Assembly (NCBI GenBank): GCA_003649205.1
Contig: QMRC01000002.1
Coordinates: 96,001-160,000 of the forward strand
Source of the DNA: Thermoprotei archaeon
GTDB taxonomy: Archaea; Thermoproteota; Thermoprotei; Thermoproteales; B15-G16
Reading direction: 5' to 3'
DNA length: 64,000 bases
Positions within the stretch are counted from its first letter, which is position 1. Every line of letters begins with the position of its first letter. The notes under the pieces are model-generated. The model had not been told where the DNA came from. It saw only the letters and a program-made list of their open reading frames with translations, and searched no databases. Positions 42,364 to 53,162 of the stretch are shown here, one piece after another. The position numbers and the translations under genes were made by a program.

Positions 42364-42597
42364 ATGGTTGGTCGTGAATGCTTTCTTGAGAAGCAACTCG
42401 ATGATGGGCGTATCTTCGTAGATGCACTTAGGATTACACTAGTTACTCAGCTACCGATAGCGTTCGTGATAGCATTAGTCACGGAGTTTAGTCTTGAGTG
42501 TCTTACCTCTCTCATAGCCTTGGTAAGTGTGCTCTTAACAGTACTGACGGTAGAGGTTGAGAGGAGGAGTAAGTTACTTGTGGAATGGGGGGAGTAG
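42364..42597 (+). CDS. Small membrane protein
   Basis: SD GTGAGGT and two hydrophobic segments. Confidence 0.45.
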   Translation: MVGRECFLEKQLDDGRIFVDALRITLVTQLPIAFVIALVTEFSLECLTSLIALVSVLLTVLTVEVERRSKLLVEWGE

Positions 42598-43259
42598 CTC
42601 GTGAGTAGACGTGACGAAGTTCTCGAGATAGTTGAGTATGTGGTAATTGGGTTAGCTGCCATAGCGATACTACTCATTGGATGGCTACTTTAACTGCGAT
42701 AAGGTGGTACTGCGGTAGTTTCTGTTGAGGAGAATCACGTATGAGCTGTACCTAGGTCCTGCTTACTTCTTCTGTGCTGGCTTGGGAAAAGCTGACTAGG
42801 GTGGTGTACTGTAGTCATCAGGGTCTTCAGGATAGGTCTAGCTGACATCTTCTCAGGTAGAGATCTGGTGAATGTGGTCTCTGGCCTGTACCTGGTAATG
42901 TCTGTGTCAGGGACCATGCTTCACTGACTACCTGACAGCGTGCTGCATAAACTCTGGGGAAATTGCTCTCAAGTTGCTGAGGGTCAGCAGGTTAGAGGTG
43001 ATTCTAGCACTAGTCAAGTCCTTCGTCCTGAGTAACGCAGCTATGTAGCTCAAGTCCTAGTTCACCCTGCGAAAACCTCGAAAGGAGTGGGAAGAGCTTA
43101 GCAGGTCAGGACTCACTGACCTTTCCTAGGCAAGGCTTCGGAAGAATTGGTGAGCCCAGATCATGCTGGTAGCTCTGTACCTACGGTATTTCACTACGAA
43201 GCGTAGGATAACAGGCAGCTTAGTTAGCAAAGGGTAAAAGTTACTTCGCAGCATGGTTC

Positions 43260-43520
43260 TTGAGGGTTTCTCAGGTGACTGAACTCCGCATATCGTACGA
43301 TCCTGTTGCGGATGCCCTATACATACGGCTACGAGATGACAAGGTAGCTGATAGTGTAGAGATCTGTAGAGACATCATCATCGACTACAATGCTAAAGGG
43401 GAGGTTATTGGCGTTGAAATACTGAACTTCTCGAAGAAAGACAGAGAAGTAAATCTTAACGAAGTTGTGCTCAGGGGTATTGAGGTGCTTATAGCACGAC
43501 TTCAGGAAGTGAGAGAGTAG
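43260..43520 (+). CDS. DUF2283 domain protein
   Basis: SYDPVADALYIRL..IDYNAKGEVIGVEILNFS. Confidence 0.9.
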   Translation: MRVSQVTELRISYDPVADALYIRLRDDKVADSVEICRDIIIDYNAKGEVIGVEILNFSKKDREVNLNEVVLRGIEVLIARLQEVRE

Positions 43521-43765
43521 TCTACACGAAGCACGCACTTGAGAGAGCTAAGCAGAGAGGAATAGCACTTACTGAAGTTGAGGATTGTCTTCAGAGACCT
43601 GATGCAGTACTAAGTGAAGACGAAGTCAAGAAAGCGGTTAAGATTAAGAAACTCGACGATAAAGTCCTTGTAGTAGTCTACAGGGTTCTCAATAACAAAA
43701 TTCTCGTGATAACTGTTTACAAGTCGTCCAGAGTTAGGAAGTACTTTCAGGTACCTGGAGTGTGA
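43517..43765 (+). CDS. DUF4258 domain toxin-like protein lacking a canonical start
   Basis: VVYTKHALERAKQRGIALTEVEDCLQRPD..VLVVVYR..ILVITVY. Missed by the ORF track. Confidence 0.75.
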   Translation, partial: VVYTKHALERAKQRGIALTEVEDCLQRPDAVLSEDEVKKAVKIKKLDDKVLVVVYRVLNNKILVITVYKSSRVRKYFQVPGV

Positions 43766-43919
43766 GCACGTAAGCTCTAAGCTTGGTACGTACTCGAGAC
43801 GGTACTACATTGTGCACTAGTTGTCGACGTAATGACATCTTGCTTGGTCTCAGTATAACTCAGTACCGCAACTTGAGGTGGTGTCGTGGGTGTGGATGAG
43901 GACTCCATACTCACCCTAC

Positions 43920-44336
43920 TCACTTAGCTTGTAGTTCCTGAAGTAGTTTCTCTGTGTTTACTGCTTCTGGATACCTCAGTAGGTCCTGATCTTCAGTAAC
44001 TAGCTTCATCCCGTGTACACGAGCCATGTAGAGGTAGGAGGCATCGTAGAAGGTCAGGTTCTCACTAACCGCTAGGTCCAAGACATTGTGGATCTCGGTC
44101 CCAAGTCTCAGTACACGTATGCTACCGAGGATGAACTCGAAGAGCTTAGCTACAGTAGCTAGGTCCCTGATTCTTCCTAGCCTGTACTCTTTCCACAGCG
44201 CATTACCCACCTCATAGATTGTCAGGTCAAGTACTGTAAATCTGTCTGCATACTCGAGGAATTTCTTCCTCAGTCTCAGTACTAGTGGGTAGATAGCTGA
44301 GGCATCGAGTAGGTACTGTGAAGACGTGTAGATCAC
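43920..44336 (-). CDS. vapC: VapC PIN-domain toxin
   Basis: LLDASA, YEVGNALWK, LTFYDASY, VTED. Confidence 0.9.
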   Translation of the reverse strand: MIYTSSQYLLDASAIYPLVLRLRKKFLEYADRFTVLDLTIYEVGNALWKEYRLGRIRDLATVAKLFEFILGSIRVLRLGTEIHNVLDLAVSENLTFYDASYLYMARVHGMKLVTEDQDLLRYPEAVNTEKLLQELQAK

Positions 44337-44557
44337 CTCTCAAGTCTACTCTCCTTCACAGCACGTATCCACTCATCAACTGGTACATCCATGGACTGTA
44401 GAGCCTTCTCAAGAATCTCCTCAAATTGCCGGAGCTTTACCCTACGAATCTCTTCCTTCAGTGCTCTCTCAACAACCGCCCTGATGTCAATGCCCAACCT
44501 CTCAGCCTCCTCCTTAAGCTCACGACGTACTCGAACTGAGAGAACTACAGTAGACAT
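44333..44557 (-). CDS. vapB: VapB/CcdA-like antitoxin
   Basis: MSTVVLSVRVRRELKEEAERLGI, overlapping vapC. Confidence 0.85.
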   Translation of the reverse strand: MSTVVLSVRVRRELKEEAERLGIDIRAVVERALKEEIRRVKLRQFEEILEKALQSMDVPVDEWIRAVKESRLER

Positions 44558-44639
44558 GCTATAACCACAATCTATCCACACATGGCAAGTATATGAAGTT
44601 TCCGTATACGTGACTATGTGTCGTGATTACACGTGTAGA

Positions 44640-44860
44640 CGTTACTCCAGTACACGCTGCATGGATCTAGTTCATACTCACTGTCGCTTCACTTCGTGTA
44701 GGTGTAGGACCCTCCTCCACAGCACATCGCATAGCTCATACAGTGCGACATCTAGTACATACTACACCCTGCACTTCCTGACTACTCTACAAACTCAGTC
44801 ACTACGCGCTTCAGTTAGGTGCAGTGCCGCTGTGGTAAAGGCTTCCAAGATTACTTGTCT
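44640..44860 (-). pseudogene. Degraded vapC remnant
   Basis: VLDVALYELCDVLWRR downstream of an orphan vapB. Confidence 0.5.
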
Positions 44861-45099
44861 CAACTACTTCCCCTCACGTCTTCGCGGATTAACTCAGCTG
44901 AGGACCTCACAGTACCTACTTTCTGTCTCAGCATCTCACGTAGTTCATCAACTTCACTAAGGATTTTCTCTCTAAGCAAAGACCTAACTCGTTCCTCGAG
45001 AAACTTCCTGACCTCCTCAGCCCAATCAATCTCCGAGAACTGCTCCATCAATTCCCTTAGCTTGCGATCAATGCGAACACTAAAGATGACAGTAGACAT
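44860..45099 (-). CDS. vapB: VapB-type antitoxin (orphaned)
   Basis: MSTVIFSVRIDRKL..IDWAEEVRKFLEE..SAELIRED. Confidence 0.85.
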   Translation of the reverse strand: MSTVIFSVRIDRKLRELMEQFSEIDWAEEVRKFLEERVRSLLREKILSEVDELREMLRQKVGTVRSSAELIREDVRGSS

Positions 45100-45269
45100 A
45101 GACAGACACCGTGGTCATCTACTGTAGACAACCTTAGAACCTCAGTTAAGTAGTTTCATTGTTGTGTAGTGAGATTGTAGAGCTATTGTTTTGGTGCGTA
45201 GTGTTGCTGGGTAAGGTATGTAAGTTTGATGTTGGGTATTTCCTCGACTTGGGGTCATTTTGTGTGTGG

Positions 45270-45587
45270 ATGGATTTTCCTTACTTCGTAGTTGCTGTTA
45301 TTGGCTTGATAATGTTTGTCTTAGGTATAGTCTTGTTCGTTTTGTTTACACCCTTAGTTATAGATGTTGTTAGTTTGATGGTTTTACTCGTGGGTATAGT
45401 CCTTTCAGCTACTTCTGTATTGAGTAATGTGACTAAGAATTACTTTGGTACAGCAATTGTAGGGCTAGGTAGGAGGTTTGAATCTTTGGAGAAGAGGTTT
45501 GATTCTTTAGAACGAGAGGTTAGAGGTGGTTTTACTTCTCTTGGGATGTTGCTTAAAGAGATTCGTGATGAATTACGTAGGCGATGA
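45270..45587 (+). CDS. Membrane protein with C-terminal coiled coil
   Basis: Two TM segments, then RRFESLEKRFDSLE. Confidence 0.55.
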   Translation: MDFPYFVVAVIGLIMFVLGIVLFVLFTPLVIDVVSLMVLLVGIVLSATSVLSNVTKNYFGTAIVGLGRRFESLEKRFDSLEREVRGGFTSLGMLLKEIRDELRRR

Positions 45588-46056
45588 TGGGAAACGATGT
45601 TGATTATGTAGGGATGGGGTAGTCGAGATAGGTGTATGGTCCGTGAGGTATCTTGTCATTGGATTTCTTTCTCTGCATGTTTTTGTTTTTTCACTCCTTT
45701 CTGTGGGGTGCTCATTGTTTATTCTTGAGACTGTAGCTTGTTGATTTATGATGGTGTTCTGGGTGGGGATGTGGATGTAGTTAATTGCATAGAGCTTTGC
45801 TATGGTCATTGTTGTGGTTATTGATTGGTGTATGCGTGGGTGTTTTGTCCTTGTTGGGTTGGGAGGGTTTCCTGTGATTAGGTGTGGTGTGTTTCTCAGG
45901 GTAATTAAGCTATGTGTTAATTGGGTTAGCTGTTGTAGCTATACTACTTGTTGGGTGTTGCTTTGGTAGTGATTTAGGATTTAGCTATGAAAGTTCTTAG
46001 GAGCTTATTATGTTGTCTCTTAGGAGATAGTTCATGAAGGTGATTGGGGGCTGGTG

Positions 46057-46464
46057 TTAGAGTAGTAGTGTGGCTCCTGTTAGTTTGATGCCTTCTCTTG
46101 GGTCTAGTACTATTCCGTACTTGTCCATGGTGCCTGAACCTATGATTAGTTCAGGTAGTTTAACTTTACGTCCTTCAATCTCGATCTTCTCTACGAACTT
46201 ATCTACAATGAGTGCTGTTTCAGGTGGTAGTAACTCGATGTCGTCTATTATTATGGTTATTTGAGCGTACTTATCTGCTTCTGCAAATTCACCATTTACT
46301 AGGTAGAGCTTAATTGTTTTGGGGAGCTTCGTCCATTTAGGGCCAAAGTTCTTTTCGAAGAAGGTGCGCTGTATTACGGTATGGCTTGAACCTGTATCGA
46401 ATAGTGCGGTGCAGTGGGCTACTTTATCCATGAACTTGATCTTTATGTTCTTTAATGCGCGCAC
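46057..46464 (-). CDS. Retropepsin-like aspartyl protease
   Basis: ALFDTGSSHT and LIIGSGTMD. Confidence 0.8.
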   Translation of the reverse strand: MRALKNIKIKFMDKVAHCTALFDTGSSHTVIQRTFFEKNFGPKWTKLPKTIKLYLVNGEFAEADKYAQITIIIDDIELLPPETALIVDKFVEKIEIEGRKVKLPELIIGSGTMDKYGIVLDPREGIKLTGATLLL

Positions 46465-46638
46465 TTATTGGCACCACCTACATTGTGGTTGAAACTGTGG
46501 TTAATATTTCTTGAGTTGTCTTGAGTTGTGGTTCTGTGGGGTTTGTTTCCTTCTATGTGCTTGCTTAGCTTGGTTATGGTGGTTTGAAGGCTTGGTTAGG
46601 CGTTTGAAGGGGTGCTGTGCTAGGTTGGTGGTTCTTCT

Positions 46639-47991
46639 CTAGGTTTTGCTGACGATGCGTCTTGCTAATTTGTGGAATTTCTTCCTGTATACTGTGGTGA
46701 GTATTATTGATCTTGCGAGTAGGTCCACATCCATTGCTATCCATGCGCCTACGGGGCGGTTGCTTCTAGGTAGTAGCTCTGGTAGGGTGTAGGCTAGTGC
46801 GACGCGTATGGTGTAGAGACATGTTGCATTTATTATTGTTGGTACTATGGTGTTTCCTGCTCCGCGGACGGCACTTGAAGCGCTCATAGCTGCTCCTAGT
46901 GCTGGTTCGCTGATTCCTGCTAGGATCAGGTACATCATTGCTAGCTTACGGGTCTCCTCGTTATTTGTGAAGATTGTTGGGGTGTAGGGTGCTGTGAGTA
47001 TGAGTACTGTCCCCATGATGGTCATGAATAGGGTATTTACCTTTATGAGTTCCCACCCAATCTTCTTTGCTTCATCGAGATTTCCTTTACCAATGCTTTG
47101 ACCAACCATACTCGTCGTAGCAATGCCTATAGCGAAGGCAGGTAAGTAGGCAAAAGCTTCTATGCGTATACCTATTGTGTGGGCTGCTAGAGGTATCTCT
47201 CCGCACCTAGCAATAGCTCCTATGTACGCCATGTTTCCTAGTGCGAATACTAATCTCTCTATTGTTGCAGGTAGCCCTAGCTTGAAGACTGTCCACGCCT
47301 CTTTCCTAGGTATTAATGGTTTGATGGTGAAGGGTAGTCTACGTATGAAGGGTAGGTAAGCTAGTACGCTAAACCACGTAGCGATGAACGATGCCATTGC
47401 TGCACCGAGAACACCCATGGGTGGAATACCCAGTAGTCCGAAGATCAGTAGTGGATCGAGGATCAGGTTAGCTATGGCACTTGCAGAGGTAGCTATCATT
47501 GAGGGCTTGGTATCACCTGTAGCTCTGAAACCAGCACCGAGCACCATAGCGGCTGATAGCACTGGTAGCCCTAGAGCACGTACCTGTAGGTAGGTTGTTG
47601 CATCAGCTATGAGTTCAGGACTTACATTACCACCTGCTAGTAACCTCACAATATCCTCAGCTACTAAGATCACCAATGCCGTTGTTGTGGAAGTGAGTAG
47701 TATAGCTGACGTGAGGGATTCACCTAGGGCTTTGGACGCTCTATCGTATAACCTAGCACCGTAGGCCTGTGCAGCTACGATCATGGAGCCCATGTAGAAT
47801 AGTAGTGTAGAGACGAAGAAGATCCATGAAGCGTACCCCGCTAAACCCACAGCAGCTACAGCCTCATCACCTAGACGTGATACGAAGAACGTATCTGTAA
47901 TGAAGAGGAGGCTATCAACTGCTTCAGCGATCATCAATGGCCAAGCAATGTTCCAAGCTTTAGCTAGTACGCTTCTATCAATGATCGTCAT
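46639..47991 (-). CDS. MATE family efflux transporter
   Basis: DTFFVSRLG, GDTKPSM, NLILDPLLIFG, GVLGAAMAS, RGAGNT. Confidence 0.93.
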   Translation of the reverse strand: MTIIDRSVLAKAWNIAWPLMIAEAVDSLLFITDTFFVSRLGDEAVAAVGLAGYASWIFFVSTLLFYMGSMIVAAQAYGARLYDRASKALGESLTSAILLTSTTTALVILVAEDIVRLLAGGNVSPELIADATTYLQVRALGLPVLSAAMVLGAGFRATGDTKPSMIATSASAIANLILDPLLIFGLLGIPPMGVLGAAMASFIATWFSVLAYLPFIRRLPFTIKPLIPRKEAWTVFKLGLPATIERLVFALGNMAYIGAIARCGEIPLAAHTIGIRIEAFAYLPAFAIGIATTSMVGQSIGKGNLDEAKKIGWELIKVNTLFMTIMGTVLILTAPYTPTIFTNNEETRKLAMMYLILAGISEPALGAAMSASSAVRGAGNTIVPTIINATCLYTIRVALAYTLPELLPRSNRPVGAWIAMDVDLLARSIILTTVYRKKFHKLARRIVSKT

Positions 47992-48287
47992 TTATGTCAG
48001 GGATAGAGGTATTGAGGATTATTAACCTTTGTCCATAACTCTACGAATCGCTTACAGATTTTAGTCTCTTCATGACTAGTCTATGAGTTTACGAGACCTC
48101 TAGTAAGGTATTACAAACGAAAATTCGTCTTCCCTAGCTTTTTAGTGAAGCTAAGTGGGGTAGCGTCTTCGATGTACTTAGACATAGGTAGTGCGGAAAT
48201 TGAGGTCGTTGTCTGGTATTTAAGGAGTATCTTGGGGTCTATCGAGTATTGAGGGGTCTTTTCCTTGGTCCTGTACTCTATTCCGTA

Positions 48288-48897
48288 CTATAGTTCTCCT
48301 CTTTCTGCGCGGAGTATTGCCTTGAGTGTGTAGGCTATTATCCAGAGTTTTGCTGCTTCGAAGCAACCATCTTCGAGGAACCAGCGATCTGCTATTTCCA
48401 TGACTTTATCTAGCTTCTTCAAGTCGATTTCTTTTGGGTCTTTTTCCTTGATTTCCTTTAGGACTTGCTTTATGAATTCAGCTTCTTCAGGTTTTAGTGG
48501 ATCTAGTTTATGTGTGAGCTTCGATTATTCTCCCTGCTTCTCTAATTAGGTACTCTCTTTCTTCTGGTGTGAAGATTTTCTTTAGGGTCATGAAGTCGAT
48601 GAGGTTGCTGTGTAGTGCACGAATGAGTTGTGCTGAGAAGAGGGAGCTTCTTCTAATTTCTGCTCTAAGTCTCTGCTCAAGTTCCTTAAATCTCTCATCA
48701 ATTTGCTCGAATCTCTTATCGATTTGACTAAACCTCTCTACAACGTGTCTGAATCTCTCATCTATTAGTTTGAGCCTAGTTTCGATTTCAGTAAACTTCT
48801 TACCGAGCCAGTAGGCTAGAGATGCGACTGATGCGATGACTGTAGTTACAGTACCCAGTAGTGTGATGAACCACTCCATCTTACTTTCACTAATCAC
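48288..48897 (-). pseudogene. Frameshifted paralog of the 53163-53720 membrane-anchored coiled-coil protein
   Basis: After the stop at 48508 another frame continues KLDPLKPEEAEF..EDGCFEAAKLWIIAYTLKAILRAERGEL, matching the paralog. Confidence 0.85.
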
Positions 48898-48989
48898 GTA
48901 TACGTACCTCGTTAAAGAGAGTTTCTGAGAGTACCGGTGTGACTTTGTATGTTTGCTGAGTACGTGAGAGAGGTCGTGTACTGGAGGTG

Positions 48990-49300
48990 GTGTAGCTTAT
49001 GTTAAGCTTATGTTATTTGGTATATTTGTTACTATGTCTATGTCACCGAGTAGCATCAACCTGTTACGTATGTCTTCACCTCTGGTAGCAACTCCTTTAC
49101 TGACTTTGCTAGGAGCTGAGCATGTTACCTCTACTTCCTCAGGTACTGTACTCTTCACCTAATCCATTCAAATCTCATTCTCGATATTCTCCAGGAGCTT
49201 CATCAACTTGATAGCTCTTCTCTCGTAAATGTTCTTCTTACTGTGTACCTAGTACCTACGTATGTTGCTTCAAGTAGAGTGAGTTAATAGCGTTTTCCTT
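48990..49300 (-). pseudogene. Degraded HEPN-MNT pair remnant
   Basis: LLEATYVGTRY (HEPN LxxxYIxxRY), followed by HAQLLAKSVKELLPEVKTYV (MNT N-terminus). Confidence 0.45.
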
Positions 49301-49369
49301 AACAAACGTGTACCTGATAATCTTCATCATGTCGATAACTAGTGAGTTCTAATACGTCTCCCCTACATA

Positions 49370-49500
49370 TCAACTATAGTCACATTGAGATAGACACTAT
49401 GTGAATTCAGTAAGTAGTACACAACATCACTCTCATCAATGCAGACCTCACTAGAATTCCTTAAACTCTCTCACGATAACACGAGTAAATTCCACAAACA
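49370..49500 (-). pseudogene. Remnant homologous to 2684-2901
   Basis: SEVCIDESDVVYYLLNSHSVYLNVTIV aligns at nucleotide level with 2705-2835. Confidence 0.6.
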
Positions 49501-49528
49501 ACATAAGACATGGTACTAGGGTAAGGAT

Positions 49529-50536
49529 GTGGTGCTTATGATCGATCAAAGTACGAACTTCAAAATATACATCGAGGGTATAGGTAAGTGGATTAGCTTT
49601 GTTGATAGAGAGCGAGAGTTAAAGCAACTCATCAACCTAGCAACAAGAGGAAATCCATTCCCTATAGCCATATACGGACCTGAAGGTTGTGGAAAAACAA
49701 CACTACTGAAGTACTTGACCAAACAACTCAAACAACATGAAAACTACATAGCGATCTACATAGACGCACTAGAACAGCAAGATCTAGCGAAAGCCATAGC
49801 ATGCACACATCACGAACTATGGGAAGTAGTGACATCACTAGTCGCCATAACCCCTGTTGGAGAAAACCTAGCAAAATCAATCACCACAATACTTCGTAAA
49901 CTCCACGAAAAAATATCACTGAAAGGTAAGAAGGTAGTAGTCGTAGTAGATGATGTGTACAAAGCAATAGGACTCAACAATGTAGCAAGGTACACAAAAA
50001 TGCTCTATGAATGGGTTAATTACCTACACACAAACTTCAACGTAAGTACTGTGCTCTTCATACTAACAACGTCAGAAGGAGAATCGAAGAGAGAACTGTA
50101 TCGACACACCTACGTACACGTGTACATGATGTGGAACCTACCGAAGAAAGGACTTGAGGAACTAGCTAAGCAACTCGAAGCACCAATAGATATCGAAGCG
50201 CTGTGGAAACTAACAGGGGGGAACCCAAGAGCAGTAATAGACCTCGCAATACACAATTGGGATGTAGATAACTGGACGAAGTACATAGAACGAAAAGTAA
50301 CGTCAACAATACGCGACATAGATCCAAGAGAATTGAAGACCTTAGTAGAGGACCCAGATAGCAACTGGAGAATAGCTACCAAACTCGAAGAAAGAGGACT
50401 AATGATGGAACTCAACAGAGCACTAGTAATAGGAGAAGAACCAAACCCCAATCCAGAACTAGGTATAGGAAGAGAGTGGGCATGGCAATTACCAATCTAC
50501 AGACAAGTAATCGAGAAAATAGTAAGCAGTAAGTAA
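49529..50536 (+). CDS. Archaeal P-loop ATPase paralog
   Basis: FVDRERE, YGPEGCGKT, VVVDD, TGGNPR, WAWQLP. Confidence 0.9.
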   Translation: MVLMIDQSTNFKIYIEGIGKWISFVDRERELKQLINLATRGNPFPIAIYGPEGCGKTTLLKYLTKQLKQHENYIAIYIDALEQQDLAKAIACTHHELWEVVTSLVAITPVGENLAKSITTILRKLHEKISLKGKKVVVVVDDVYKAIGLNNVARYTKMLYEWVNYLHTNFNVSTVLFILTTSEGESKRELYRHTYVHVYMMWNLPKKGLEELAKQLEAPIDIEALWKLTGGNPRAVIDLAIHNWDVDNWTKYIERKVTSTIRDIDPRELKTLVEDPDSNWRIATKLEERGLMMELNRALVIGEEPNPNPELGIGREWAWQLPIYRQVIEKIVSSK

Positions 50537-50639
50537 GACAACACCTCTAAAACCTCAAATCCTGAAGAGCATCACAGCATCACTGTCAACAAACAAACTT
50601 AAGTCTTCGTCTACGTCAATTAATGTATGGTGTCTACGT

Positions 50640-50870
50640 ATGAGTGAGGTACTAAGTATACGGATTCCTCGTGAACTTAAGAAGAAGATGGAAGAGCTGA
50701 AGAATTTCGTCGATTGGAAACAAGAAATCATCAAGTTCCTGGAAGAACGTGTCAAGTACTACGAGAAGCAGCGTGTCCTTAAGGAAGTGAATGAAATCAT
50801 CAAGAGACATCCAAGACTCCCTAAGGGTACTGCTATAGAGCTCGTGAGGGAAGATCGTGATAGTCATTGA
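50640..50870 (+). CDS. vapB: VapB antitoxin
   Basis: MSEVLSIRIPRELKKKM..VDWKQEI..LVREDRD. Confidence 0.88.
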   Translation: MSEVLSIRIPRELKKKMEELKNFVDWKQEIIKFLEERVKYYEKQRVLKEVNEIIKRHPRLPKGTAIELVREDRDSH

Positions 50871-51267
50871 TGCATCTGCACTAGCTAAGTACATCCTAGG
50901 AGAAGAGCAGTGGGAAACAGTAGCTCAGTACCTAGAGCAGGAGAGGGTACTCACACTAGGTATGGCATTAGTTGAGGTGCTAAACGTAGTGAGAAAAGCA
51001 GTACACATCCACAAACTACTCAGTAGGGATGTAGCACGTGAAAAGTACCTAGCACTAAAGAAACTCGTAGAGAATGAAGTCATAGAAGTGGAGAATGAGG
51101 TAAAGTACCTTGAAAAAGCCTTCAACCTTGCTCTCAGCACCGGGATTACCGTCTATGATGCACTATACATCGTACAGGCAATGGAACACAAAACACAACT
51201 ACTCACCAGCGACCGAGGACAAGCAGAAGTAGCAAAGAACCTCGGTGTAACAGCAGTAATCGTATAG
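50857..51267 (+). CDS. vapC: VapC PIN-domain toxin
   Basis: VIDASAL, ITVYDALY, LLTSD. Confidence 0.9.
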   Translation: MIVIDASALAKYILGEEQWETVAQYLEQERVLTLGMALVEVLNVVRKAVHIHKLLSRDVAREKYLALKKLVENEVIEVENEVKYLEKAFNLALSTGITVYDALYIVQAMEHKTQLLTSDRGQAEVAKNLGVTAVIV

Positions 51268-51631
51268 CACTCAAACCCCCCTACACAGGACCCCACCAGC
51301 ACCCTACAGATCCAACCCAATACCTCAACACTCCAGCAACATTGATGCACTAGAGCATACTACTCACCCCCACCAATAACCAACTCATAGAAAGCAGAAC
51401 ACTGATTCTCAGAGCACCCTCAGAACAGAGTTACTCATGCTACCACCATCAAGATCTTACCCAACACACCACCCTCACCAAGCACATACACAAAGCACCT
51501 CAACCCCGAAACCAACGTCTCAACACAGGTAATTACTCTACCATACCTTTCCTCAATCTATGACTTGTTGACAAGATGTTCGTTGAACATTTATAAGGCT
51601 CCGTGCTACGTAATGTGTCACGGGATTGTGC

Positions 51632-51850
51632 ATGAGTACTGTGATACATGTCCGTGTACCTAGGTATGTAAAGGAGAAACTTGAGAAGTATGGTGTGAAC
51701 ATATCGGAAGAGGTAAGGCGTTTCCTTGAAGAGAGATTACGTCAGTTAGAAGCTCAGAAACTAGTGGAGGAACTTAGGAAGCATCTCGAGAGTATGCCTA
51801 AGGTAGGTGATAGTGTTCCACTAATTCGTGAAGATCGTGAAACTCGCTAG
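51632..51850 (+). CDS. vapB: VapB antitoxin
   Basis: MSTVIHVRVP..VNISEEVRRFLEE..LIREDRE. Confidence 0.88.
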   Translation: MSTVIHVRVPRYVKEKLEKYGVNISEEVRRFLEERLRQLEAQKLVEELRKHLESMPKVGDSVPLIREDRETR

Positions 51851-51856
51851 CAACAT

Positions 51857-52285
51857 ATGGCTGTACTAGACTCATCATTCATCGTGAAACTAGTTATTCA
51901 CGAACCGTACAGCGAAGAAGCACTTAATCTCTTCAGGAAACTCACTACATCTGGAGAGAAGCTACGTACACCATGCATAGCTCTAGCTGAGGTCCTCAAT
52001 GCTATCTGGAAACATACTGTACTACTCAAAGATCTTGATCAGAGTCAGGTAGGGAATGTACTTAGGTACCTAACTTCTCTCTGGCGATTACTTCATGTTC
52101 ACCCAATCGATGAACTTGCTGAGAATGCTCTAAATGTAGCCACTAGGTTAGCAATTACAGTATACGACGCATTCTACATAGTCCTAGCACTACAGTACAG
52201 AGAAGTGCTCTACACCTTTGACAGAAAGTTAGCAGCTAAGGCGAAGGAGGTAGGTGTAGAGACTGTGGTACCATCTGAGTCTTAA
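51857..52285 (+). CDS. vapC: VapC PIN-domain toxin
   Basis: VLDSSF, EVLNAIWK, ITVYDAFY, YTFD. Confidence 0.9.
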   Translation: MAVLDSSFIVKLVIHEPYSEEALNLFRKLTTSGEKLRTPCIALAEVLNAIWKHTVLLKDLDQSQVGNVLRYLTSLWRLLHVHPIDELAENALNVATRLAITVYDAFYIVLALQYREVLYTFDRKLAAKAKEVGVETVVPSES

Positions 52286-52399
52286 TTGGGACTACCTCCT
52301 AAAACCATACAGGTAACTCACCTTAGAGGTTAGGGAGAGAGACTGAGTAAGCTTGCTCTTGTCACTAGTACCTTAAGTACCTACCTCAATTGTTGAGAG

Positions 52400-52590
52400 A
52401 GCACTAGAGGGAGAGATTCGTAGAGTTAGACTTCGGCAAATTCAGTATCTTTGGTTGTTACTCTATCACCTATGACATCTGGTTTCTCGGCTATGGTGAT
52501 GTATACGAGGTTCTTGATGGTACCTATGTCGAGTAGGGTTTGTACTTTGGCTTTACTGTCCTTTACTGGAGATACTGTGCCTATTATCAT
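52400..52590 (-). pseudogene. Degraded retropepsin-like remnant
   Basis: KVQTLLDIGTIKNLVYITIAEK (from ALVDTGA..IAEKL). Confidence 0.4.
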
Positions 52591-52595
52591 CTGGT

Positions 52596-53135
52596 TTATG
52601 TGATTGGTTCTTTCTCAATTCCTGTTCTGTTTTGAGTTTGTGCTAGTTGTTGTGTTTTCTTGAGGAGTTGCTCTATATCTGGTAGGCTTGCTTTGACTTG
52701 GTCTATTGTTAGTGCTGCTTCGTGGAACCCCCATACATGTAGGTCGTACGCGATGCTCCATCCTCGGTTTATGGTTGGTTCGTTTAGTTTTGTAGTGAGT
52801 GTTTTTGCTGCTTTGGATAGTAATTTTGTCCACCATTTACCTTCTCTATGTGCTTCCTGTGCTTCTGGAATGTTGAATTTTGTGGCTAGTGCTTTTACGC
52901 ATTCTTCAGCTACTTTGTATAGTTTCTCACTTGCTTGTACTGCATTGCCTTTTTCTAGGTATTCTCTAGCTTCTTGCATGAATTTTCTAGCTAGTTCGAG
53001 TCTTGCTTCAATTTCTTCGTTGGGATTACAGAGTTTGTGAGTGAGTATGTCGATGATGTATGTTTCTGGATCGGTGCTTTGTTCCCTTAGTTTTTTCAGG
53101 TAGCTTTCTAGGTAGTTTCAGGGTTATGCTATGTG
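52596..53135 (-). pseudogene. PaREP1 family gene with an N-terminal frameshift
   Basis: VQASEKLYKVAEE and YDLHVWGFHE. The N-terminal ITLKLPRKL is out of frame at the T6 tract 53091-53096. Confidence 0.8.
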
Positions 53136-53162
53136 ACGTGGAGGTTGCCTCTAGGTGTTTCG

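Noticed and set aside
42700-43200. Possible IS or transposase remnant
   Set aside because: No terminal repeats or recognisable transposase motif could be confirmed by eye.
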